From NCBI GenBank assembly GCA_037446635.1, contig JBBIIG010000050.1:1-30502 (forward strand): a stretch of 30,502 bases of DNA, given 5' to 3'. Source of the stretch: a bacterium. Lineage in GTDB: Bacteria > Zhuqueibacterota > Zhuqueibacteria > Oceanimicrobiales > Oceanimicrobiaceae. Below the pieces are notes generated by a model. The model made no database searches, was not told the DNA's origin, and was given only the letters and a program-made list of their open reading frames with translations. This document shows, in pieces, positions 1 through 7,475 of the stretch (its first letter is position 1; each line of letters starts with the position of its first letter). A program made the position numbers and the translations under genes.

Positions 1-1
1 G

Positions 2-226
2 GGCTTTGTGCAAAAAAATTCCCAAAAAAAATGGTCTTATTACGGAACGGTGGTGGCCATGACCTTAGGCGCGGGGGTGATCATTTTCGCATTGTGGAAA
101 GGTCTGGGGTTGGAGTACGAGCAATGCTATTACATCACGGTGCTGTCGTTTTTGCTGATGCATTATTTGCACGACCACGTGCTGTTTACCGATACGGAAG
201 TTTTGCAACCGGCGTCTGCCCGCTAA
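2..226 (+). CDS. C-terminal part of an integral membrane protein (runs off the window start)
   Basis: Frame open from the window edge to TAA at 226; two hydrophobic segments and a HYLHDH motif. Confidence 0.6.
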   Translation, partial: GFVQKNSQKKWSYYGTVVAMTLGAGVIIFALWKGLGLEYEQCYYITVLSFLLMHYLHDHVLFTDTEVLQPASAR

Positions 227-263
227 ATTGATGCAGTTTGAAACCTTCAATTACATTTTGAAA

Positions 264-466
264 TGAACCGTGCCGGGCGAGCCGAGTTGACCAATCGGAA
301 TCGAAAGCCTCTAAGTAACTATAAAAAAAAGAATTCGGCCCGCGTCCCTAAGACTGTCTTAGAAATGGCACAGTTGTTGGAAACATCAAAATCTCACACA
401 ACCGAGCAATATTACACCTGTTCGGTAACTCCCCTAACCCCGAAGGTGTAATGGCTCGGTTTTTTA
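264..466 (+). ncRNA. Candidate structured small RNA (family not recognised)
   Basis: Weak promoter TTGATG(228-233)-N18-TACATT(252-257); nested pairings 267-275/367-375 and 277-288/332-343, palindrome 348-362, then long hairpin 401-460 plus T-run. Confidence 0.25.
401..465 (+). terminator. Long hairpin followed by T-tract
   Basis: ACCGAGC..ATTACACCT..TTCGG pairs with CCGA.AGGTGTAAT.GCTCGGT, followed by TTTTT. Confidence 0.5.
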
Positions 467-480
467 TTTAGGTAAAATCG

Positions 481-513
481 AAAAGCCGCTGTAAGTAATG
501 CAGCGGCTTTTTT
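481..513. terminator. Bidirectional intrinsic terminator
   Basis: AAAAGCCGCTG-N9-CAGCGGCTTTTTT between convergent genes. Confidence 0.8.
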
Positions 514-527
514 ATTTTGACCAATGA

Positions 528-800
528 TTACCTTCTCATCACCAAGTAAAGTCCAAAGAAAACCAGCGCCAGCGGCAGCAGTGGTCCGAGTACAAACAGC
601 GGCGCCAACACCACAGTCAGTACGCCGGCCACCAACGCAAACGGTAGAAGTGTAACCACCAGCAAAACGGCCAACAGCGCGCCCACAATCTGGAGCGGAA
701 TCGTCAACACAAAAATGCCGGCCTTAAAAATCACCGCCAACAATTTGAAGAATAATAAAAACGCGCCCAGCAACAAAAGAATGACCGCAAGTTCCACCAT
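528..800 (-). CDS. Small hydrophobic membrane protein
   Basis: 90 aa, almost wholly hydrophobic; RBS AGGAG upstream of ATG. Confidence 0.75.
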   Translation of the reverse strand: MVELAVILLLLGAFLLFFKLLAVIFKAGIFVLTIPLQIVGALLAVLLVVTLLPFALVAGVLTVVLAPLFVLGPLLPLALVFFGLYLVMRR

Positions 801-882
801 GTTACGCTCCTATTTTTTGTTCAATATTCCCGCGGGAATCGTTCAGTTTTTTAAAAATAATTTTTGCTCCATCAAAGTTGTG

Positions 883-910
883 TTGAAAATCTAAAAAGTT
901 TTTGTACATT
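883..910 (+). promoter_or_regulatory. Putative sigma70 promoter
   Basis: TTGAAA-N16-TACATT upstream of the 933 ORF. Confidence 0.4.
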
Positions 911-932
911 TGAAAATTAACGAGGGTTTCAA

Positions 933-1040
933 ATGAAAGTTTTGTCAGTCGCCAAGCTGGAGCGCATTTTGAAGGAGTATTCCAAGATCAGAGAGAAACT
1001 TTTAATTTCAAACAGTGAACAAAGAGACCATCATTCATGA
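933..1040 (+). CDS. 35-aa leader ORF coupled to the PLP enzyme gene
   Basis: GAGGG RBS, MKVLSVAKLERILKEYSKIREKLLISNSEQRDHHS*, ATGA stop/start overlap at 1037-1040. Confidence 0.4.
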   Translation: MKVLSVAKLERILKEYSKIREKLLISNSEQRDHHS

Positions 1041-2500
1041 TCGATTTACAAATCAACGAAACCCAACTGCAGCGCGCCCTCCAACGCGCCCGCGAGCGCA
1101 ACATCATCATCCCCACTTTTGATGAAATGATTCACCCCGAGCACATTGCCGGTGATATCAAAAACAAACTAAAGAACGTCGGTCTCTGGGAAGTTAATCC
1201 CCTCAATCTCTTTCGCATCACCTGGAAGAACGAGCCGAAGGAAAAGGGCGGTCAGTTTGGCGGCGTCAATTTTTTGGAAATGCCGCCGGCGCTCACCGGC
1301 GTGCGCGCGCGCATTTTCGGATTGGTGGGGAAATGGTTCCCGACTGGCGCGCACAAAGTCGGTGCCAGCTTCGCGTGTCTCGTGCCGCGATTGGTTACGG
1401 GACAATTCGATCCAACGAAACACAAAGCGGTGTGGCCGTCCACCGGCAACTACTGCCGCGGCGGGGCGTACAACTCGGCGCTGCTGGCGTGCGAGTCGGT
1501 GGCCATTTTGCCGGAGGGCATGAGCCGCGAGCGCTTCGAGTGGCTGAAAACCGTGGCCGGCGAGATCATCGCCACGCCGGGGTCGGAGTCCAACGTCAAA
1601 GAGATTTACGACAAATGTTGGGAGCTGCGCCGCACCCGCGACGACGTCATCATTTTCAATCAGTTTGATGAGTTTGGAAATTACCTCTGGCACTACCACG
1701 TCACCGGTCGCGCCATCGAAGAAGTGTTGCGAAACGAGTTGAAAGACGGCCAGCGTTTTGCAGGCGTCGTCAGCTCAACTGGTTCCGCCGGCACCATTGC
1801 CTGCGGCGATTACCTCAAACAAAAATTTTCTGACAGCAAAATCGCCGCCGCTGAGGCGCTGCAATGTCCGACGCTGCTGATGAACGGCTTCGGCGCCCAC
1901 CGCATCGAGGGCATTGGCGACAAGCACGTGCCGTGGATTCACAACGTCCGCAACACCGACCTGGTCATCGCCGTTGATGATGAATTTTGCATCAACTTGA
2001 TTCGTCTTTTTAATGAACCGGTTGGTCAGGAATTTCTCGCGAGTCTCGGCGTGTTAAATTCCCATTTGAAGAACTTGCCGCTGTTAGGCATCTCCGGGGT
2101 TAGCAATCTGATTGCCGCCATTAAATTTGCCAAATACTACGAGCTCACCGAGCGCGACGCTGTGTTCACCATTTTTACCGATTCGATGGAGTTGTACCGC
2201 AGCCGCATTGAGGAGCTGCGCAGCGAATTTGGCAAGTATTCCCACGACGACGCCATCAAAGATTATCACCGCTATTTGATGGGCATCACCGCCGATCACC
2301 TGCTGGAGCTTTCTTATCTCGACCGCAAACGCGTCCACAATTTGAAATATTTTACCTGGGTTGAGCAGCAGGGGAAAACAGTGGAGGAGTTGAACGAGCA
2401 GTGGTACGAGTACCCGGAGTACTGGACCGTGATTCAAAAGCAAGTCGGTGAGATCGATGCTTTGATTCAAGAGTTTAATGCTAAAGTGGCCATTTCGTAA
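1037..2500 (+). CDS. PLP-dependent enzyme, fold type II (cysteine synthase/threonine synthase-like)
   Basis: PTGAHK (PLP lysine), STGNY, STGSAGT and HRIEGIG motifs. Confidence 0.85.
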   Translation: MIDLQINETQLQRALQRARERNIIIPTFDEMIHPEHIAGDIKNKLKNVGLWEVNPLNLFRITWKNEPKEKGGQFGGVNFLEMPPALTGVRARIFGLVGKWFPTGAHKVGASFACLVPRLVTGQFDPTKHKAVWPSTGNYCRGGAYNSALLACESVAILPEGMSRERFEWLKTVAGEIIATPGSESNVKEIYDKCWELRRTRDDVIIFNQFDEFGNYLWHYHVTGRAIEEVLRNELKDGQRFAGVVSSTGSAGTIACGDYLKQKFSDSKIAAAEALQCPTLLMNGFGAHRIEGIGDKHVPWIHNVRNTDLVIAVDDEFCINLIRLFNEPVGQEFLASLGVLNSHLKNLPLLGISGVSNLIAAIKFAKYYELTERDAVFTIFTDSMELYRSRIEELRSEFGKYSHDDAIKDYHRYLMGITADHLLELSYLDRKRVHNLKYFTWVEQQGKTVEELNEQWYEYPEYWTVIQKQVGEIDALIQEFNAKVAIS

Positions 2501-2522
2501 ACTAATTTCACGGGAGAACAAC

Positions 2523-2765
2523 ATGCACGAAATTTTGAAACGCGCCAAAGCAGTTGAATCGGATTTAATTCAGTTTTTATGCGATGTGGTCAAGCTTCCC
2601 CTCGGCAGCGGCAAAGAAGGGCCGGTGATCGAGCGCATCAAAAAGGAGATGGAGAAAATAGGTTACGACGAAGTGAAAGTGGATCCCCTCGGTAATCTCT
2701 TCGGTCGCCTGGGCAGCGGGCCGCGGGTGCTGGCCATCGATGGCATCTTAATAATGATCAGGTGA
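2523..2765 (+). pseudogene. ygeY: Truncated 5' copy of the YgeY-family hydrolase
   Basis: 74 codons match 5861-6082 (19 mismatches in 222 nt by my count); homology stops at IDG just before the first metal-ligand His. Confidence 0.9.
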
Positions 2766-2788
2766 TAAAGAAGGAGCGAGGACTCCTT
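2741..2788 (+). repeat. Direct repeat copy 1 (partner 3274-3322)
   Basis: Core AATGATCAGGTGATAAAGAAGG identical in both copies, flanks similar. Confidence 0.85.
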
Positions 2789-2808
2789 GGCAAAAAGCGT
2801 CCCCCTAG

Positions 2809-2906
2809 GTCGGCTGCAACGACTGGTTGGGCGGATACAGATACAACTGCCTCCGTCATTCGTTTGGTGATCACCTCCCATCGCCTAACCTGCAACACCA
2901 CTTGCA
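2809..2906. other. Two attC-like half sites
   Basis: GTCGGCTGCAACGACTG-GTTGGGC (GTTRRRY at 2826-2832) and GCCTAAC (RYYYAAC at 2883-2889). Confidence 0.35.
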
Positions 2907-2907
2907 C

Positions 2908-2970
2908 CAATGTTGCGAAAGTTGGCAAGTCGTTCACGAATTCTGTCCGCTAATTTTCGCTGTAAGCCAT
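2908..2970 (-). pseudogene. TfoX N-terminal-domain gene remnant
   Basis: Reads MAYSE(K)LADRIRERLANFRNI if one missing A is restored, then breaks off. Confidence 0.55.
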
Positions 2971-2978
2971 GATCAAAT

Positions 2979-3132
2979 TTATTTTTTTTCAGCGTATAAT
3001 TTAAGGCCAGCAATAAATTTTTTGATGCCATTGTCAGATTGCTTACGAATCACCAACGCATCCAAGATTTTGCCAAACCAACCAAACTTTATTTGGTGCA
3101 TTAATAACAATTTCGTTGTGTAATGTGGTCAT
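2979..3132 (-). pseudogene. SRPBCC-family gene with a large internal deletion
   Basis: GAGGAG RBS; N-terminus MTTLHNEIVINAP..KVW joined out of frame to C-terminus FGKILDALVIRKQSDNGIKKFIAGLKLYAEKK*. Confidence 0.6.
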
Positions 3133-3180
3133 TATAAGTCACTCCTCAATTACATTTTTCTAATAGGGTTTGCTAGAAGC

Positions 3181-3198
3181 TCCAACTATATAGTTGGA
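3181..3198. promoter_or_regulatory. Perfect 18-bp palindrome, operator-like
   Basis: TCCAACTAT-ATAGTTGGA, ~50 bp upstream of the SRPBCC remnant. Confidence 0.5.
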
Positions 3199-3273
3199 TA
3201 ACGAACGAGAAACTTCTTTTGCCTCAGCAAAAAAGGACACAATACCTTAAATACCCACCATTGTTATATGTGT

Positions 3274-3322
3274 TGGCCATCTTCAGAATGATCAGGTGAT
3301 AAAGAAGGGGCAAGAACCCCTT
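3274..3322 (+). repeat. Direct repeat copy 2 (partner 2741-2788)
   Basis: TGGCCATCTTCAGAATGATCAGGTGATAAAGAAGGGGCAAGAACCCCTT. Confidence 0.85.
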
Positions 3323-3330
3323 CTTTATCA
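3297..3330 (-). terminator. 14-bp stem hairpin after the SRPBCC gene
   Basis: TGATAAAGAAGGGG-CAAGAA-CCCCTTCTTTATCA. Confidence 0.6.
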
Positions 3331-3358
3331 TCGCTGATAGTTTGGTACAACGGGACAA

Positions 3359-3787
3359 CTACGCGGCATGCAATTTTTCAAGACCGCTTATGCCTTCTGA
3401 ATAAATGCCCTTCAGCATGGCGATCATTTCAGCCTCATTTGCTTCTTCAACTTCGAACATGGCTGACCATTCCACCTGCGATTCATTGCCCTGGTTGATG
3501 GCAATCACCTTCATGGTGCCCAGAAGGTTTTTGATCGGCATAGGCGGCTCCGGGATGGAATATCGGAAAATTCTATTTTCCTGGTCAATTGTCTCGATGC
3601 GCTCATGTAGCGTGGCTCCATCAGCAGTCGTACAGATCCGTTTTGCTCCTGCACCGCTTCCTTCAACTCGGCAGGTCTTAATCATTGAAAGCCATTTGTC
3701 AACCCCGCCAATCGCACTGATGGTTTTCCAGACTGCTTCAGCAGGGGCGTTGATTTGCTTGAAGACTTTTACTGATGCATTTTTCAT
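3359..3787 (-). CDS. SRPBCC (polyketide cyclase 2/Bet v1-like) family protein
   Basis: INAPAEAVWKTI..VDKW, GAGAKR, ERIETID, C-terminal helix YSEGISGL. Confidence 0.85.
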   Translation of the reverse strand: MKNASVKVFKQINAPAEAVWKTISAIGGVDKWLSMIKTCRVEGSGAGAKRICTTADGATLHERIETIDQENRIFRYSIPEPPMPIKNLLGTMKVIAINQGNESQVEWSAMFEVEEANEAEMIAMLKGIYSEGISGLEKLHAA

Positions 3788-3814
3788 GATCTATTCCTTT
3801 CAGTAAAGTTGCAA

Positions 3815-3847
3815 AGATGCGACGCACTTCTGAAGTGCGTCGCATCT
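3815..3847. repeat. REP-like perfect inverted repeat
   Basis: AGATGCGACGCACTTC-T-GAAGTGCGTCGCATCT (16-bp arms). Confidence 0.85.
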
Positions 3848-3872
3848 CGTTTCTACAGCTCGAGTTCATTGG

Positions 3873-4688
3873 TTAGCGAGCCCCTTCCTCGAAGTTCACG
3901 CGGTTGTGATTCACCACCATTCGCAACAAAGCCTCATCCCGCGTCGGCAGCAATTTTCGAAGCTCTTCATCTTTGAGGAACTTCTGGAAGGCTTCGGTGC
4001 TTGGCCACTGGTTCAGGCCAATCACCTGCGGATTGAGGTCGCCGCGATAGACATTGACCGGGACAAAACCAGCCAGCCGGCGCACGCCGTATTTCATCGC
4101 AATGGGAAATGCCTGGCCGAAGTACTGACTCAATTGTTCCTGCTTGCCAGGCTTAATCCATAATGCCGAGAACTCGACTAGATCGCCTTGCTTGAGTGTG
4201 ACGACAGCCGGCTGCTGAACCTGCGCATGCGTCACCACCAGTTTGTCCAGCGCCTCATCTCGCAGCGGGATCAGTTTTTTTTCCGTGGGATCGTTGATGA
4301 ACTTGTTGAACGTCTCGAGGCTCGGCCATTCGTTCACAAAAAACATCATCGGCTTGAAATCTCCGGCATAAGAGCTTTCCGGAGTAAAATTGATTACTGG
4401 CTGAACTCCGTACTTCATGGCAATGGGAAACGCCTGGTTGAAATATTCACCCAATTGTTTTTCCATGCCAGGTTTAACCCAGAGTGCGGCAAACTCATAG
4501 ATCTTGTCCTGTTTAAACTCAATCATTTTGCCATCCAGCGTCTTCTCCTTCGTTGTCGCGGATGAAGCAACCATCTTATTTTGGCCGTGATTCGAGTTGG
4601 TTTTCGTTTGGGCCAAAAGAGCCGAGAAAAAAACAAAAAACAACGGTAGCGCGGCCAACGCGGTGAATATGAATTTGCGTTTGTACAT
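3873..4688 (-). CDS. Exported protein with two tandem DUF1330-like dimeric alpha-beta barrel domains
   Basis: Signal peptide; internal repeat EFAALWVKPG..YFNQAFPIAMKYGV..EWPS / EFSALWIKPG..YFGQAFPIAMKYGV..QWPS. Confidence 0.7.
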   Translation of the reverse strand: MYKRKFIFTALAALPLFFVFFSALLAQTKTNSNHGQNKMVASSATTKEKTLDGKMIEFKQDKIYEFAALWVKPGMEKQLGEYFNQAFPIAMKYGVQPVINFTPESSYAGDFKPMMFFVNEWPSLETFNKFINDPTEKKLIPLRDEALDKLVVTHAQVQQPAVVTLKQGDLVEFSALWIKPGKQEQLSQYFGQAFPIAMKYGVRRLAGFVPVNVYRGDLNPQVIGLNQWPSTEAFQKFLKDEELRKLLPTRDEALLRMVVNHNRVNFEEGAR

Positions 4689-4772
4689 ATGGGACTCCTT
4701 TGTTGAATTTATGATTTTAGGCTTCTGTATAATGATTTAAAGTCGTCTATTGCAGAAAAAGCGTGATGAAAC

Positions 4773-4849
4773 GGGGCTGTCCAAAAGTATGAAATTGTCA
4801 TTGCCTGCCTGCGCAGGCAGGCAATGACAGATACCTCTTTGGACCGCTC
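4773..4849. repeat. Nested palindromic element
   Basis: Perfect 34-bp palindrome TGTCATTGCCTGCCTGC-GCAGGCAGGCAATGACA (4796-4829) inside imperfect outer arms GGGGCTGTCCAAAAGTAT / ATACCTCTTTGGACCGCTCC. Confidence 0.8.
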
Positions 4850-5002
4850 CCTTGCTTTCCCCGTTGGAGGAGAGGCATCGGAAGCAACCAAACATAACCA
4901 CTTTTCAGTACACGGCATTTCTATATCGTTGTTACTGCCGGTAATCGATAAGACTTCATTTCGTGGCTGCGATACGTTAATTTGTTTCCTGTTGATATGA
5001 AT

Positions 5003-5020
5003 TAGTTGAGTGCTCATCTA
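5003..5020. promoter_or_regulatory. Putative TetR operator 2
   Basis: TAGTTGAGTGCTCATCTA, near-palindrome, 14/18 identical to 5702-5719. Confidence 0.6.
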
Positions 5021-5066
5021 TTTATAAAAAAAAATTTAATTTTTCAAATAAAGAAATTACAAGGCA

Positions 5067-5669
5067 TCATTTAAGATTTATCAGATTGAGTGCATACGGG
5101 GAAAGTTCGCGGATAATCTCGGCACTGTTCTGAGCTCTGGCAAGTATTGCCAAGCCTTCATAATAGGCTACCAGCGCCTGTGCCATTGCAGGAATTTTGT
5201 TCTTCTTTACATTAAGGATTCCGGTCGAAACGGCATCTGCTAATGCTTTCTCAAAATAAGAAGCGATGCTGGAGAAAATTGTCTGCAAGCGACGTCGAAT
5301 AACTTCATCCTCCTCGCCCAATTCGCCTACAAAACTGCCAAAGGCGCATCCGAGGACCAGCTTCCCTTCTTTTTGACGCTCTGAATGAAAGGCGTAAACT
5401 CTGTCGAACATTTTTTTTATCCGTTCCAATGGGGGAATTTCTGAGTGAAAGGAGGGTTCGAGAATTAACTCTTTCGCCTGGCTCCAGTGAAAATCCATTG
5501 CGGCCAGGGCTAAGTCGCGTTTAGACGGAAAAAAATAATAGAAGCTGCCAGGTTTAACGCCAGCCTTTTTGCAAATTTCATTGACACCGACCGAATGGTA
5601 GCTGTCTTCCCAGATTAACTGGAGAGCCGTTTCAATCAGGTGTTGTTTCGCTTCGCTTGTTCGCCCCAT
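5067..5669 (-). CDS. TetR/AcrR-family transcriptional regulator
   Basis: HTH VNEICKKAGVKPGSFYYFFPSK; GC motif in the C-terminal domain as in NemR-like members. Confidence 0.93.
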   Translation of the reverse strand: MGRTSEAKQHLIETALQLIWEDSYHSVGVNEICKKAGVKPGSFYYFFPSKRDLALAAMDFHWSQAKELILEPSFHSEIPPLERIKKMFDRVYAFHSERQKEGKLVLGCAFGSFVGELGEEDEVIRRRLQTIFSSIASYFEKALADAVSTGILNVKKNKIPAMAQALVAYYEGLAILARAQNSAEIIRELSPYALNLINLK

Positions 5670-5701
5670 AAAACTTTTGCTGTGAAGTAGCGATAAATTA
5701 A

Positions 5702-5748
5702 TAGTTGAGTAACCAACTACAATTTAGCATAATTTTCAACAGTGTCAA
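5702..5748 (-). promoter_or_regulatory. tetR promoter with operator 1
   Basis: Minus strand TTGACA(5743-5748)-N16-TAAATT(5721-5726) with TGn extension; near-palindrome TAGTTGAGTAACCAACTA (5702-5719) just downstream of the -10. Confidence 0.65.
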
Positions 5749-5803
5749 GCTTTTTTTTAAGCAAGAAACTAATTGGCAGGTGCTGCTGCAAATCGTTTCG
5801 TTG

Positions 5804-5831
5804 TTGATTTATTCATCGCGATTTTTAAATT
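5804..5831 (+). promoter_or_regulatory. Putative promoter of intact ygeY
   Basis: TTGATT-N16-TAAATT ~30 bp before the start. Confidence 0.4.
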
Positions 5832-5860
5832 AAGCGACGATTACTTTAAAGGAGAACAAC

Positions 5861-7042
5861 ATGCACGAAGTTTTAAAACGAGCCAAAGCAGTTGAATCGG
5901 ATTTAATTCAGTTTTTACGCGACGTGGTTAAACTTCCCCTGGGCAGCGGCAAAGAAGCTCCGGTGATCGAGCGCATCAAACAAGAGATGGAAAGAATCGG
6001 TTACGATGAAGTGAAAGTGGATCCCCTCGGCAATCTCTTCGGTCGCCTGGGCAGCGGGCCGCGGGTGCTGGCCATTGACGGCCACTGCGACGTGGTGGAC
6101 ATCGGCAACCGCGACAACTGGACCGTCGATCCCACCGGCGGCGAAATCATCGACGGCAATTTGTTTGGCCGCGGCGCCTGCGATCAAAAGGGCGGGCTCA
6201 CCTGCGCAGTCTATGCCGGCAAAGTTCTCAAAGAAATTGGTGTGCCGAAAGATGTGACCGTTTGGGTAGTGGCCTCGGTGATGGAGGAGGACGCCGATGG
6301 TATGTGCTGGAAGTACATCATCGAGGAAGACAAATTCAAACCAGAAGCCGTGATGATCACCGAGCCGACGAATTTGAATATTTACCGCGGCCAGCGCGGT
6401 CGGCTGGAGATGAAAGTGCGCACCGACGGCGTTTCCAGCCACGGCTCGGCGCCAGAGCGCGGCGTCAACGCCATTTATAAAATGTCGCCGATTATCAAAG
6501 AGATCGAAGAACTGCATCTGCGTTTGAAGCCCGACGCTTTTTTGGGAAAAGGCAGTGTCACCGTCACCGACATTCGCTCCACTTCACCGTCGCTGTGTGC
6601 GGTGGCGGACTCCTGCACCATCCACCTCGATCGCCGTTTGACCGCCGGCGAAACCATCGAGTCGGCGCTGGCGGAAATTCAGAATTTGCCGTCGTTCAAA
6701 AAAGCCGAGGCCAAAGCCTGGGTGCCGGAGTATTCTGTTCCCAGTTACACTGGTCTCAACTACGGCATGCGATCTTATTTTCCCACCTGGGTTTTAGAGG
6801 AAAAACACACGCTTTTGAAGAGCGCGGTCAAAAGTTACCTGAACCTGTTTGGCGCGCAGCCGAAGGTGGACAAGTGGACGTTCTCCACCAACGGCGTTGG
6901 CATTATGGGGATGTTCGGCATCCCCACCTTTGGATTTGGCCCCGGCGACGAGGCGCAGGCGCACGCTCCCAACGAGCGCATCCCGGTGGATCATCTCCAC
7001 AAAGCCGTGGCATTTTACTCCGAGTTTGTGCGCAATTTTTGA
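5861..7042 (+). CDS. ygeY: YgeY-family M20 metallohydrolase
   Basis: DGHCDVV, GRGACDQKGG, EED, EPT, GQRGR, HGSAPERG, WTFSTNG, HAPNE motifs. Confidence 0.88.
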   Translation: MHEVLKRAKAVESDLIQFLRDVVKLPLGSGKEAPVIERIKQEMERIGYDEVKVDPLGNLFGRLGSGPRVLAIDGHCDVVDIGNRDNWTVDPTGGEIIDGNLFGRGACDQKGGLTCAVYAGKVLKEIGVPKDVTVWVVASVMEEDADGMCWKYIIEEDKFKPEAVMITEPTNLNIYRGQRGRLEMKVRTDGVSSHGSAPERGVNAIYKMSPIIKEIEELHLRLKPDAFLGKGSVTVTDIRSTSPSLCAVADSCTIHLDRRLTAGETIESALAEIQNLPSFKKAEAKAWVPEYSVPSYTGLNYGMRSYFPTWVLEEKHTLLKSAVKSYLNLFGAQPKVDKWTFSTNGVGIMGMFGIPTFGFGPGDEAQAHAPNERIPVDHLHKAVAFYSEFVRNF

Positions 7043-7076
7043 GAAGTAAGCTTAAAGCTCCCTACCACCTCAGAGC

Positions 7077-7415
7077 ATGATGATGAATCTCAAACAATTA
7101 TGGAAAGAAACCGACGACTTTGTGCGCTCTCATGAAACGCAAATCGCCGAAAAGTACCTTCATTTTCTCCGCGAAGTAGCCAAACACTACCTTTCAAAAG
7201 GCCAGCGCGTTTTCTTTCGCGAGAACCGGGTTGTGCATTATGGCGAGGGTGGATTCGGATCGTTAATTGTTGAAACCGAAGATGATGAGCAGGCGATGTT
7301 TGGTGACTATATTCTTGAAATTCGATTTACGCCCAAATTGGAGAAAGAGGATCTCATCGGCGCCATTGAAATTACCGAAGCCAGCCTTTCCGACATCAAA
7401 TATGAAATTAACTGA
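7077..7415 (+). CDS. Hypothetical protein
   Basis: 112-aa ORF co-oriented between ygeY and dgkA; no motif recognised. Confidence 0.7.
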   Translation: MMMNLKQLWKETDDFVRSHETQIAEKYLHFLREVAKHYLSKGQRVFFRENRVVHYGEGGFGSLIVETEDDEQAMFGDYILEIRFTPKLEKEDLIGAIEITEASLSDIKYEIN

Positions 7416-7475
7416 TCCACAATTCAACTTTAATAAACCTAAAAGGGTTTAGTAAAGGTTTGAACTAAGGTACGA

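Noticed and set aside
261..375. c-di-GMP-I or other known riboswitch
   Set aside because: Only GGGACGC on the minus strand matches; GCAAA, GNRA loop and P2 consensus are missing
263..451. 62-aa ORF
   Set aside because: No RBS or motif; overlaps strong hairpins
2478..2522. Upstream start for the truncated ygeY
   Set aside because: RBS and alignment to 5861 place the start at 2523
4709..5017. 102-aa ORF
   Set aside because: ATG is inside the operator palindrome, no RBS, and it reads through a repeat; a decayed small gene cannot be excluded
2745..5850. Prophage or integrative element
   Set aside because: No integrase, transposase or phage gene
1037..7042. Selenoprotein or SECIS
   Set aside because: No in-frame TGA at a Cys-equivalent position seen
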